A stretch of 64,000 bases of DNA, from positions 1 to 64,000 of IMG/VR virus record IMGVR_UViG_3300037461_000951. The stretch is one strand, 5' to 3'. The notes below the pieces were generated by a model that saw nothing but the letters and a program-made list of their open reading frames with translations, was not told the DNA's origin and searched no databases. The stretch's first letter is position 1; every line of letters begins with the position of its first letter. The stretch comes from a virus. This document shows, one piece after another, positions 10,316-20,192 of the stretch. Made by a program: the position numbers and the translations under genes.

Positions 10316-10534
10316 TTATTCCTTTTCATAATAAACACAATCTTCTTTCAATTCTTCTTTACGATTAATATAGCCACCACAAGCATAAGGTGTCTGTGAA
10401 AAAATCCAGTGCATACTAGCGGGTAGTGGTGGTATTTTATAAGGATAAGTGCAATGTCCATTCCCATTTGGATGGAGTTTTCCATTCTTTGTTTTATTCC
10501 ATTGAGCGTGTTGACATCCCATGCAACTTTTCAT
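10316..10534 (-). CDS. small Cys-rich protein
   Basis: CxxC plus three further Cys; coupled to upstream gene. Confidence 0.5.
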   Translation of the reverse strand: MKSCMGCQHAQWNKTKNGKLHPNGNGHCTYPYKIPPLPASMHWIFSQTPYACGGYINRKEELKEDCVYYEKE

Positions 10535-10812
10535 AAGTAACTCAAAGTATTTCGAATGTAATCTTCAATTTTCTTTTCTAAATATTTATTTGAGATTTGA
10601 CAATTATGCCAAAAGAGTAATGCAGTTCCTAGTTGATGAAAATCATGAATCCAAGATGTATCAAATTCAAGAACTTTATTCCAAAAATCATCATCTTCGA
10701 CATAAATTTCTATCAATCCATTATTTCCTCCTTCTCTAAATTTCCAACCAAACAGTTCAGTATGACCTGAAAGTTCATCGGTTTTTAATAATTCTTGACT
10801 GTTGTTTTCCAT
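10531..10812 (-). CDS. hypothetical protein
   Basis: First gene of the minus-strand unit; AGGTATA motif upstream. Confidence 0.5.
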   Translation of the reverse strand: MENNSQELLKTDELSGHTELFGWKFREGGNNGLIEIYVEDDDFWNKVLEFDTSWIHDFHQLGTALLFWHNCQISNKYLEKKIEDYIRNTLSYL

Positions 10813-10892
10813 GATGTTTCCATTGATTGGGTAATTAAAAATAATTATGTTGTATACTATTATATACCTTACATTAATTTATTATTTTACGT

Positions 10893-11414
10893 ATGTCTGA
10901 TCTCGGCCAATTACTAAAACGGATTATTAAAAAGAAAAAAGTTGAAATTTCTAAAAAAACGCTTACACTGATTCCTTATCAGCCTGAAACAGACACTGAA
11001 AAATTCAATCGATATTATGAAAAAACAGATTCATGTTGGAATTGGTTAGGTTCTTTAGATCGATACGGCTATGGTAAGTTTCGATTAGGTCATCGAACAT
11101 TTAAAGCTCATCGATACAGCTATCGACAGTATTACGGAGATTTTGATGAATCTTTTCACGTATTACACCACTGCGATAATCCACGTTGCGTTAATCCCCA
11201 TCACTTATTTTTGGGAACAAACCGGGATAATGTTGCAGATCGCACAGCGAAAAAAAGGCATGGTCAAACATCGAAACGCCTTACTGCGAATGAAAAGGCA
11301 GCAATTTTTACAGCCGCCCAACAAGGACAATCCCTCCAATCCTTAGCTGAGCTTTTTCAAGTTCATATCTCCACCATTCGACGTGTGTTAAAACGAACGG
11401 AAAAGCCCCATTGA
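10893..11414 (+). CDS. HNH homing endonuclease with C-terminal HTH
   Basis: CWNW.G...GYG...AHR...VLHHCDNPRCVNPHHLFLGT..DN..D motif. Confidence 0.9.
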   Translation: MSDLGQLLKRIIKKKKVEISKKTLTLIPYQPETDTEKFNRYYEKTDSCWNWLGSLDRYGYGKFRLGHRTFKAHRYSYRQYYGDFDESFHVLHHCDNPRCVNPHHLFLGTNRDNVADRTAKKRHGQTSKRLTANEKAAIFTAAQQGQSLQSLAELFQVHISTIRRVLKRTEKPH

Positions 11415-11740
11415 GCACATTGCAACTGACCCCGCTACCCCAACATTCATTTTTAATGAATGTGGCTAAAATCGCTGATTTAGTGGCTTTAAAGCCGATA
11501 TATTTGGGAGTGTTGCTGGAGTCCAGTGAGTATGATATTAAACTTTCACATAATGAATATTTTTCAATCACCGGAAATCTGACTGCTTGTTGTACAACTC
11601 TCAAACCTTATCATTTAAAAATCATCACCCATCACATTCACTTTCCACTTTACCAAGAATTGACTTTAATGGGTATTCACGACTTTCAAAAAATATCCTT
11701 TTTTATTATTCCCAACTTGTTCGAATTGTCTTGTCATTAA
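11411..11740 (+). CDS. hypothetical protein
   Basis: Overlaps the HNH stop; no motif recognised. Confidence 0.35.
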   Translation: MSTLQLTPLPQHSFLMNVAKIADLVALKPIYLGVLLESSEYDIKLSHNEYFSITGNLTACCTTLKPYHLKIITHHIHFPLYQELTLMGIHDFQKISFFIIPNLFELSCH

Positions 11741-11811
11741 CACCACGAGACGATACACTGTGTTAAGCATTAACTCTTAATGCCTAAATTTAACTTTGGA
11801 GACACACAAAA

Positions 11812-12240
11812 ATGTTGCAAGATCTCAAATCTGGAATCACTGTCAAGCCTTCATTAGTCCCTTTGCTGCGGACGGCGAACACGTATGAAGGTGTTGCTGT
11901 TAATCTTCGTAACTATCACAGTGCCACGGTTGTTTTTACTTTAGGTGCTGTAGCTACAGGTGGTACTGCCACTTTTAAAATTCAAGAATCCAGTAATGGA
12001 AGTTCCGGTTGGGGAGATATTGCTGCGGCTCGTCTAAACGGTACGATTGCTGTGATGGATACTGCGGATACAGTTCAGGTCATTGGCTTGACCGATGTGG
12101 GTGGCATTACCAAGAAGTACATTCGGGTGTATGCAACAGTCGCTACAAATAGCGTGACTTGTGCGGCTTTAGTCATTCGTGGCAATGCACAACATGCGCC
12201 TGCTTCCGATTCCAATGTCGGTGCTATTTTGATTTCTTAA
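11812..12240 (+). CDS. capsid cement/decoration-like jelly-roll protein
   Basis: FKIQES....WGDI...KKYIRV pattern of small head proteins normally found after the major capsid gene; GGAG RBS; own terminator. Confidence 0.6.
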   Translation: MLQDLKSGITVKPSLVPLLRTANTYEGVAVNLRNYHSATVVFTLGAVATGGTATFKIQESSNGSSGWGDIAAARLNGTIAVMDTADTVQVIGLTDVGGITKKYIRVYATVATNSVTCAALVIRGNAQHAPASDSNVGAILIS

Positions 12241-12257
12241 GTTCTTGTTTGATGGAT

Positions 12258-12283
12258 AAAAGCCCCATTTTTGGGGCTTTTTT
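12258..12283. terminator. bidirectional intrinsic terminator
   Basis: AAAAGCCCCA-TTTT-TGGGGCTTTT between convergent units. Confidence 0.8.
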
Positions 12284-12287
12284 ATTT

Positions 12288-12362
12288 TGGTGAACCGTAT
12301 GGGGATCGAACCCATCTGACTAGCGTGAAAGGCTAATGATCTCACCAGAAATCCAACGGTTC
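12288..12362 (-). tRNA. tRNA-Glu(UUC)
   Basis: Cloverleaf: acceptor GAACCGT/ACGGTTC, anticodon loop CT-TTC-AC, T loop TTCGATC, encoded ACCA. Confidence 0.9.
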
Positions 12363-12364
12363 GA

Positions 12365-13324
12365 TTAAGGCACACATTTAGGTAATGCAGGTGTTGGTAC
12401 TGAAATTTCTACAGGGACTGGAACAGGATTAGTACCACCAATAAAATTAATGGCAAATTCACGCCATTTGTTTTTGACTAATTCATGAGATGTTCCTAAC
12501 GTATTCGGTCCAGGAAAAGACCATGAAAAAGGAATCACTCCCACAATAGGAATTTGATAAGAATTAGTAATGGCAATGACATGATTATATAATTTTTCAA
12601 TCTTGTCTAAATGAAATCGTCCTGTTTCAGATAATGATCCATCTATTTCAGAATCTTTTCTATATTTTGACCACCCATCTCCAACAAGTACAAATTTTGG
12701 TTTGGGATTTTGTTTTGATGCAAAGTTTAATAAAAATTCATATCTAAAATCTGGTGCAAGATCACTCCATTCTGACGCATAACTGGGTGTAATACTAATC
12801 CAATCTATACCTTGTGTTAAAGAAAACTCTGCATTTGTGTATTCAGGAAATACATTATCATAATTAATCCATAAAGGAATTCCATCAAATGCTGGACGAG
12901 AGCGAATAGCATTAACTAGCTGTTGTAAAGCCACAGTTGTCAATGGATTGGTTTCTGGCTCATCGGCAATTAAAAAAGCGGCTAATCGATTTCGATAAGG
13001 TTTAATAACATGTTGTTCTACTGCATTAAGAATTTCATTAACACGATGAAGATTAAAAGTCATACACTTATTCCAATCACATTCGAATGTCATATCAAGA
13101 GCAGTAAATTGAAATAAGATTTTTGCAGTGGGATGTAAAGCAGCAATTTCTTCCAAAGGTTGTTCAGGATTAGCTGCTTGAATAAATACAACATTCGTAT
13201 GATCCATAGTTGCTCTAACACCCGCTGGTGACTGATGCCAATAACCAAAAAAAGGTTTAACTATATCAGCATAAACTGAAGTAGATAAAAACATTAGAAT
13301 AAAAACAACTATGAACTTTTTCAT
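12365..13324 (-). CDS. exported glycoside-hydrolase-like TIM-barrel protein
   Basis: Signal peptide MKKFIVVFILMFLSTSVYA; FLIADEP resembles the clan GH-A acid/base motif; Pro-rich tail. Confidence 0.5.
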   Translation of the reverse strand: MKKFIVVFILMFLSTSVYADIVKPFFGYWHQSPAGVRATMDHTNVVFIQAANPEQPLEEIAALHPTAKILFQFTALDMTFECDWNKCMTFNLHRVNEILNAVEQHVIKPYRNRLAAFLIADEPETNPLTTVALQQLVNAIRSRPAFDGIPLWINYDNVFPEYTNAEFSLTQGIDWISITPSYASEWSDLAPDFRYEFLLNFASKQNPKPKFVLVGDGWSKYRKDSEIDGSLSETGRFHLDKIEKLYNHVIAITNSYQIPIVGVIPFSWSFPGPNTLGTSHELVKNKWREFAINFIGGTNPVPVPVEISVPTPALPKCVP

Positions 13325-13350
13325 AAGCCACCATATCATAAATAAAATAA

Positions 13351-13427
13351 GGTGGACGGTGAGGGAATTGCACCCTCATCCAAGTAGAGTTACTACCCGC
13401 TGTTAGCCTTTCGCACAGTGACCGCCC
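13351..13427 (-). ncRNA. atypical tRNA-like cloverleaf with G3:U70 acceptor
   Basis: GGGCGGU/ACCGUCC acceptor, CUGU/ACAG D stem, GGGUA/UACUU stem, GAGGG-UGCAAUU-CCCUC T arm, 3' ACC. Confidence 0.6.
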
Positions 13428-13977
13428 GTTTCTTCAAGGATACCAGGCGTTTCAATAAAATGTAAATATTTTTTTTCAGTAAAATGACTTAAACAACAGG
13501 TTTGGTGTGCATTAAAACCTTTGTAAGGCGTGCTTTTTAAAAAAAGAGTGTAACGATAACACTTGTTTTTTAAATCACAACCTTCTAATGCTCTACAACC
13601 TGATAATTCCATTATTTGTCAGCCTCGTATGCAGCATCTACCAAACGAATTAAAATAATTAATCCAAAGATCATCCAAAATTCCCAACGGTATACAATTT
13701 CTCCATCTATACATGTTAAAACAAATGCAATCGTACTGTGTAAAATTAGTTGTGAAATATTTCTAATTAATTTAGTCATCTAAATTTTTTCATGCTTTGG
13801 ACGAATGTAAGTAATGGTGGCTTTAGTATCTTTACGAACTAATTCAAAAAATTGCCACCCTTCTGGACATGCAGCCAGCAAATATGTAGCACTCTTGAAT
13901 GGATCAATATCCCAAACTATTTGGGTGGATTCAAAACCTTTTGGAATTTTTCGTTTTCTCATCAATGTTTCTCTTGT

Positions 13978-14062
13978 TGGTGGAGCAAGAGGGACTCGAA
14001 CCCTCACGATATAAATCGTCAGATCTTAAATCTGATGCGGCTACCAATTACGCCATTGCTCC
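13978..14062 (-). tRNA. tRNA-Leu(UAA)
   Basis: Type II cloverleaf: D loop AATTGGTA, anticodon arm TCAGA-TT-TAA-GA-TCTGA, variable arm, TTCGAGT, ACCA. Confidence 0.92.
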
Positions 14063-14386
14063 AATTCATTAAAATAAATTAGAATTTCTACGTTCATTAA
14101 CAAGTTTAAACGCTTGTTCTTCTTTTATATCTTCCTCAACAAGTGTGACTATTTTACATAAACTTGCTGCAATTGATTGTAAGCTTTCCGCAATCAGTTC
14201 AATTGCGGCAATTTCACGGTATTCGCGAGGAATGAGATTCATGAAATACTCCAAGTTTAGTGAAAAAGACATAAGGTCCAATGATCATAAAACTAAAAAG
14301 AAACATGAACATTAAAATTATAATGAAAATTCCCATGAGTGGAAGAGTCACAATAATACTGGCTAGTTTTAAAAAATCTATCATAT

Positions 14387-14689
14387 TCATATTGAACAAT
14401 AAATATCAAATTCTAATTGAGTGGAAAAGTTAACATTGATACGAGTCACCACACCAAATAATCTAAGATTATTATTAAGCATATTAGAAATAATCCGATT
14501 TTTGGTTCGTGAAAGATAACCTAACATGGTTTCATGATAAAAAACTTTGACAGCGTATTCATCATGTTCATTTTCATCGTCAGGTATTAATTCTAATTTA
14601 TCATCTATTTGTATGTTTTTTATCACCTTCTTCAAATCATAATATTGTCCACCCGCTAAAACAAATGAATCTAAAAATACATCAGTCAT
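14387..14689 (-). CDS. HIRAN domain protein
   Basis: LAG..YY...L.LIPD..NEHDEYAVKV....LGYL motif. Confidence 0.85.
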   Translation of the reverse strand: MTDVFLDSFVLAGGQYYDLKKVIKNIQIDDKLELIPDDENEHDEYAVKVFYHETMLGYLSRTKNRIISNMLNNNLRLFGVVTRINVNFSTQLEFDIYCSI

Positions 14690-14856
14690 CGGGCATTTCC
14701 TGAATTTGTTTTTGAGCCTGCTGAAGTGTTTGAATAAAGTTGGACAATTCATCCCCTTTTAATCCGATTAGTACGGGTCGTATATCGGGGTGTTTATATT
14801 TTATATGAAGTACAACTCGTTTGTCAATAATTCCAATTTCCAAATCTATTTCTGTA

Positions 14857-15174
14857 TTACTCATCAGAGTCTCCTTCAAATTGAATACCGGCTTTTTCAG
14901 TAAAATTAACTACATAGCCCGCTTCTAATAACCACTGCCCCACACTCACGGCTTGAGACGCTGCTAAAGTCAGCATAAAAGATTGTTCTTCTACTGTAAT
15001 TGTTAGAATTATCAGATGATTGACTGGATCAATTTCTACTTCAAACAATTTGGCCCCATCCGTACTTTGTAATAACTGCACATCGAATGGATCTACATAA
15101 GTAGAATTCATGGGTTGTACTAAATTTTTTGTTTCTTTTAATTGAAGCATATTGATACCTTTAAAGTTATTCAT
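14857..15174 (-). CDS. hypothetical protein
   Basis: Coupled to the SNF2 gene. Confidence 0.5.
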   Translation of the reverse strand: MNNFKGINMLQLKETKNLVQPMNSTYVDPFDVQLLQSTDGAKLFEVEIDPVNHLIILTITVEEQSFMLTLAASQAVSVGQWLLEAGYVVNFTEKAGIQFEGDSDE

Positions 15175-16741
15175 CCATTAACAATTCTTTCAAATTCATT
15201 TTACCATCCACTACTGCCGAAAACAATGACTTACCTTCATTTAAAAATTCCATTATTTTTACTTCAACCGTATTTTTCATATACAGTTGGTACACATATA
15301 CCTTTTTCTGTTGCCCTGTTCTATGACATCTTTTTAATGCTTGACGAAAAACGTCGGGACGGTCGGTATTTTCGTATAGAATTACATAGTTGGCATTTTG
15401 TAAATTCAATCCTTCACCACCGGATGCAATATTCACCACTAAGATTTGCGTGTTTGTGTTCTGTTTAAATTTTTTATATTCATCAACCTTGTTCCCTTCC
15501 GCCGTGACATTCATGGCCGCATAGTTGTATTTCAACTTTTTCAATCGAGTAATAATATCTATACCTGATTGATTGAATACATGAAAAATAACGACCTTAC
15601 AATCATCAGGAACATCTTGTAAAATTTCTTCCAATGCATCTAACTTGGGATTGATAAACGTCAGTGCAACTCGTTCATCATCTACATCTTCATATAAGAA
15701 TCCACTGGCGACTTGACGAGTTTTCGAATAGTAATTCTTTCGTTGTTGTTTGGCATCTGCGGTATTCCCTTTCGCTTGTTCAATACTGTCCATAACCAGT
15801 TGACGATACACAGCTCTAGCATCCGGGGCCAAAACCAATGGCATTTTAATCATAGATAAAGATGGTAAATCGCTACATTCATGATCGGCATACCGAATAC
15901 TACGATGTCCCAACATGCTGTGTAAAACAGGTTTATTTTTTTCTGGAAAGATCCAATCCATTCCACCCCAATAATTAGCTTGAGGTTTAAACAAAGCTTG
16001 TAAAAAGATTGTTTTATTATTTCCTAAAGTTTCACCACGATCTATGACATGAAATTGTGCCCAAAAATTAGTAGGATCTCGACCTACTGGTGTCCCTGTC
16101 ATCCCCAAACGATATGGGATGAAATTCGCTAACTCATTACAGATTTGATATGTCAGAGTATTGGTGTGTTTGACATGATGAATTTCATCTAAAACCATCA
16201 TTTGAAAACGGGTAGCAAATGATCTTAATGCTTTTTTATTGAGTACTCTTTTACGGGTTGTTTTTCGACTAGAAACTTCTTTAAAGTCAGTCGTAAAGAT
16301 GGGTAAACCATCGTAATTCACGATATATAAAGATGCCTTTTGTTCCAGTAACGCTAAACGTTCCGCTTTTGTTCCAGTTAAACCTACTGCGGTTAAATGG
16401 GTAGCAACATGAATTTCTTCTAACCAAGATTCAACATTCACTAAATTAGGAACCACAATCAAAGTTCTTTTAACTTGTTTCAGTTTTTGCCGACTTTCAA
16501 TGGCTGTTAATGCGATTCTGCTCTTTCCGAGTCCCATATCGAGAAAATATAAAAATCCATCAAAACATAATCCCAGATATAAACTGGCAAGTTGATGAGT
16601 AAAGAGTTTAGTTTTCGTACTAAACTGTGGACAAATTTCTTTAATTGCGGCTTCTAATTCTTGACGAGAAGCTCGTTTAATCCAATCAAAAGAATCTCTT
16701 GGTTGATTAATAAACTCTTTTACCGCTTCTTTGCGAATCAT
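15167..16741 (-). CDS. SNF2-family helicase/ATPase
   Basis: DMGLGKS, LDEIH, MTGTP, GEGLNLQ, QALKRCHRTGQ motifs. Confidence 0.92.
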   Translation of the reverse strand: MIRKEAVKEFINQPRDSFDWIKRASRQELEAAIKEICPQFSTKTKLFTHQLASLYLGLCFDGFLYFLDMGLGKSRIALTAIESRQKLKQVKRTLIVVPNLVNVESWLEEIHVATHLTAVGLTGTKAERLALLEQKASLYIVNYDGLPIFTTDFKEVSSRKTTRKRVLNKKALRSFATRFQMMVLDEIHHVKHTNTLTYQICNELANFIPYRLGMTGTPVGRDPTNFWAQFHVIDRGETLGNNKTIFLQALFKPQANYWGGMDWIFPEKNKPVLHSMLGHRSIRYADHECSDLPSLSMIKMPLVLAPDARAVYRQLVMDSIEQAKGNTADAKQQRKNYYSKTRQVASGFLYEDVDDERVALTFINPKLDALEEILQDVPDDCKVVIFHVFNQSGIDIITRLKKLKYNYAAMNVTAEGNKVDEYKKFKQNTNTQILVVNIASGGEGLNLQNANYVILYENTDRPDVFRQALKRCHRTGQQKKVYVYQLYMKNTVEVKIMEFLNEGKSLFSAVVDGKMNLKELLMDE

Positions 16742-18213
16742 GAACTGTTCCTTGGCCGAAAGCGGGGTCGTTGTGTGGGTGTGGGTGTGCTGGTTTCTTC
16801 ACTGGGTTCTTCCAACATCGTCCAATAACGATCATTAATGCTGGTACTGTCCATACAAAACTGACCTAAACCATACGCTTGAGAAATAAGTACCATTTGA
16901 CCACTTTCTTGTCCCCGTGCTTTTGCAACAAATAATCGAGCTAATCCCAAATTCTTTTCTTGTGCCGTTTGACAGAATGCGATCACAGTATCTGCTGTTG
17001 CGGCTTTTGAATAATCTTCAGCCAAATGTTTGAGCGTAATCACACGAGCATCTTCTGCGGTTCGATTAGCTTGTGATGCTGTGACCATAGCAACATTACG
17101 TTCCACAGCAATTCTTCGTAATTCTTTATAAATTTCACCTGTACTGGTACGGAGATTTTTATAATCTAATTTCATGATATCTGCGTAGTCCAATAATATA
17201 ATATCTGGAACGTAATTGTATAATCTATCTAATGTATCTAGATAAACTTCAAGACCTTCAATGGACAATGAACTCATTGGAAAACCACGAATTTCCAATG
17301 ATTGTCTTCCTTTATACCGTTCCAGTTTTTTAGCTACAGCAGCTATGGTATTTTCATGTCGAATGGATGGTCTATTTAATTCTTCAACAGCTAAACTGGA
17401 AAGTCTTCCCAATCCATCATGATTAAAAGTACTGATTTGAATCTTTTGAATTTCTTGAGTGGCGTGAGCACTCAATGAATATATACATTGTAAATATCGT
17501 TGCAAAACCTGAGCTTCAGGCATTTCCAATGTGATATGAAGAACTTTTTTTCGATGTTGGAGACATTGTCGGCCAATATTGATGAGTGCCCAAGATTTAC
17601 CACGAGATACTGATGCTAAGAATACAAGTAATTCACCGGGCGCGGGTCCAATTTGTTGTTCTTCAAATTGTCGAATACCGTATGGATATGGCGGCAAAAT
17701 CTTTTCTTTTAAAACCTGTATAAGTTTTTTTGGATCGTTAAAAGATAAACCACGATCAAATACTTGGATTTGTCCTTTTAAACATTTATTGAGAGTGTTT
17801 TCAGCAATCACTAAAGATTCATTAGTTTCATCTTTAATAAGTAATGCGGCTTCAACAATCGCTCCTTTTAATCGTTGTCGTCTGACAAATTGATTAAGTT
17901 GATTGAGTACAAAATCTTCGTTAATAGAATCTTTAGTTTGAAATAAATTGGTCAGTAATTTGGTATACAGTTCACCACTTTTGGGATTTTTAGAATCTTG
18001 TATTTTAGATTCTAAAAGATCTGCAATATGTTCTTTTGGTGGCTGTTTGTACTGTTGATAATATGTAATGGCAACCCGGACAATTTCTTTATAAAAATCA
18101 CTTTCAAATAAACCAGGTTCAATGACACCAAAAATAATACTGGCAGCACGATCATTAAAAATTAAGAGTGATAAAAGATTTTCTTGCAAACTACCTGTTA
18201 TTTTTTCAGACAT
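16738..18213 (-). CDS. dnaB: DnaB-like replicative helicase
   Basis: Walker A (SRGKS), ITLEM, LDYAD, TASQANR, VAKAR motifs. Confidence 0.85.
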   Translation of the reverse strand: MSEKITGSLQENLLSLLIFNDRAASIIFGVIEPGLFESDFYKEIVRVAITYYQQYKQPPKEHIADLLESKIQDSKNPKSGELYTKLLTNLFQTKDSINEDFVLNQLNQFVRRQRLKGAIVEAALLIKDETNESLVIAENTLNKCLKGQIQVFDRGLSFNDPKKLIQVLKEKILPPYPYGIRQFEEQQIGPAPGELLVFLASVSRGKSWALINIGRQCLQHRKKVLHITLEMPEAQVLQRYLQCIYSLSAHATQEIQKIQISTFNHDGLGRLSSLAVEELNRPSIRHENTIAAVAKKLERYKGRQSLEIRGFPMSSLSIEGLEVYLDTLDRLYNYVPDIILLDYADIMKLDYKNLRTSTGEIYKELRRIAVERNVAMVTASQANRTAEDARVITLKHLAEDYSKAATADTVIAFCQTAQEKNLGLARLFVAKARGQESGQMVLISQAYGLGQFCMDSTSINDRYWTMLEEPSEETSTPTPTQRPRFRPRNSS

Positions 18214-19063
18214 ACAATTTATTCCTGGTAGAATATTTTGAAAAAGCTTCCATCATGACGGTACTGTAACGAATACCATACCGTTCAATATACCTCATTA
18301 GTTTCATTTCACTCATTTTTGGAGAATTCAATTCCGGTATTTCCACAGTCTTCCAATTAAATTTTGGATAAGGTAATTGGATAAGTCCATAATTACGTTC
18401 TAATAATTCTTTATGTTGTTGATAAACCGTTTCCAATTTATCCACATCGTTCATAATTTTTAATGCCGTCTTGATACCAATACGATCAATGCCTTTAACA
18501 GCATTGTGCGTTCCAGTCATGGCAGTGAGCATCACCCAATCTTTCGGTGTAATGGATGGAAATTCTTGATCAAAAGTTTCCCAAGTGTATTCACGATTTT
18601 TACGTAATAAGATTAAATTTTGTAAATGTAAAAATTGATTAAGATCATCATCATTGGATAATACGTAAATCTTTTTATAATGATCTGAACACTTTAAAAT
18701 GGTTTGGGCAATTAAATCATCCGCTTCTAATCCTGGAATTCCCCATACGGGAACATTGATATTTTCACAAAATTCTTCAGCCAGTTGAAAACTGGTTTTA
18801 ACAATTTGGGAAAAATCATCATTAGCCTCTAATTTTTTTCTATTTTGTTTATAATCTGGATAATGCTTTTTACGAAGATAGGGTGGACTATCTTTACATA
18901 CTAAAATATGCGTGGGATGGTATTTATTGAGTTGGTGGGCAAATTGATTAATAACACCAAACAAACCTCCAGTGGGGATACCATTGAATTCTAGTTGCGG
19001 ATGTACGTGAATACTCCGCATGAGTGTATTAGCAAAATCAATAATGAATAAACTATTCTCCAT
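18206..19063 (-). CDS. 5'-3' exonuclease/flap endonuclease (PolI N-terminal/RNase H type)
   Basis: IID..N, YKQNR, EADDLIA, SNDDDL, GIDRIGIKTA motifs. Confidence 0.9.
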   Translation of the reverse strand: MENSLFIIDFANTLMRSIHVHPQLEFNGIPTGGLFGVINQFAHQLNKYHPTHILVCKDSPPYLRKKHYPDYKQNRKKLEANDDFSQIVKTSFQLAEEFCENINVPVWGIPGLEADDLIAQTILKCSDHYKKIYVLSNDDDLNQFLHLQNLILLRKNREYTWETFDQEFPSITPKDWVMLTAMTGTHNAVKGIDRIGIKTALKIMNDVDKLETVYQQHKELLERNYGLIQLPYPKFNWKTVEIPELNSPKMSEMKLMRYIERYGIRYSTVMMEAFSKYSTRNKLYV

Positions 19064-19076
19064 TGGAAAATCCCAG

Positions 19077-20102
19077 TCACTTTTGTAATGTCGCGGTTAG
19101 TAAATCTTTTCCTAATTGAACGGTATATTCATCTAATTGTTCTTGCTGCGTATATTCTTCCAAAGCTGCAAACGGATCAATTCGACGAAACTTGGATGTT
19201 TTGACTTCCACTTCATTATCTGAACTTTGTTTTTCCAACACAACATCAAACAATTTTAGATTTTGTTGTTGGCACCATGCTTGAATACTTTGTTTTAAAT
19301 CAGACCATTGTGATAATTCTTTATTTGCTAGTTTAATTTTTAATTTTAAATGATCACCGGCTTGGACGTGATGCTGTTCGCATTGTTTTTTAAGATCAAG
19401 AAATGAAGTGACGGTTAAAGATAACCGTTGAATAGTATTCAGTGGAATTTCCACATGACCTGCATCAGTTAAATGCAACATTCGAGGTTGATAGTGATCA
19501 CCAAAAGCAACTGGATGAGGTGTACCAATATATGTTAATGTATCTATATCTTGTGGTACGTGAATATCACCCGAATAAATTTTTGCATTTGTGCGGGAAG
19601 TGAGCCACTTCAGATTTAGACCATGATTCATTTCAAACATGTTGCTGACTTGGCAACCAATGACACTCTGATGCATAAAGATATAATGAATATCTGAATA
19701 ATCTATATCTTTCCAGTCCACTTCTGGAGTCTTACTATGGGGCAACCACAATGTCAATTCGAGATTATTGGTAATAATCTGAGGTTTATCCACCCATGTA
19801 ATATGTTCAACATGATCTAAAAAATCTAAGTAAGGATGTTCGGGTTTTAAATAATCATGATTGCCTTTTAAGATAGTAACATGAACATAGCCAGCATCAG
19901 TACATCTGACTAATTCATTAATGAGTCGATTCACTAACTCTGCTGGATGTCGATCTTTTTTATCTAACAAATCTCCCAAAATAAATAAATTGGGAATTTT
20001 ATGTTCTTTAAGGTATTGTCGTACACTATTAAAAACCATCCAACGGTATTCTTCATGAATATTTTCCGTCAAATGTAAATCAGAAATGATCAAAGCATTC
20101 AT
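19077..20102 (-). CDS. Mre11/SbcD-like metallophosphoesterase nuclease
   Basis: SDLH, GDLLD, GNHD, GDIH motifs; no SbcC partner in window. Confidence 0.88.
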   Translation of the reverse strand: MNALIISDLHLTENIHEEYRWMVFNSVRQYLKEHKIPNLFILGDLLDKKDRHPAELVNRLINELVRCTDAGYVHVTILKGNHDYLKPEHPYLDFLDHVEHITWVDKPQIITNNLELTLWLPHSKTPEVDWKDIDYSDIHYIFMHQSVIGCQVSNMFEMNHGLNLKWLTSRTNAKIYSGDIHVPQDIDTLTYIGTPHPVAFGDHYQPRMLHLTDAGHVEIPLNTIQRLSLTVTSFLDLKKQCEQHHVQAGDHLKLKIKLANKELSQWSDLKQSIQAWCQQQNLKLFDVVLEKQSSDNEVEVKTSKFRRIDPFAALEEYTQQEQLDEYTVQLGKDLLTATLQK

Positions 20103-20192
20103 GAAAATAGCCGTTTTTGGGGTTCAATGATCGTACTACTACCCAAACATAGCTGAGTAGTGGTACGGGGCTAAAATCGCCGTTTTGACGGC

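Noticed and set aside
13351-13427. tmRNA gene
   Set aside because: Only 77 nt, with no tag reading frame or pseudoknots and no second piece found nearby
20105-20192. Intergenic hairpins between sbcD-like and DUF932-like genes as an ncRNA or IS end
   Set aside because: Only one convincing stem (CGTACTACT/AGTGGTACG) and no second copy or transposase; may be a terminator or processing site
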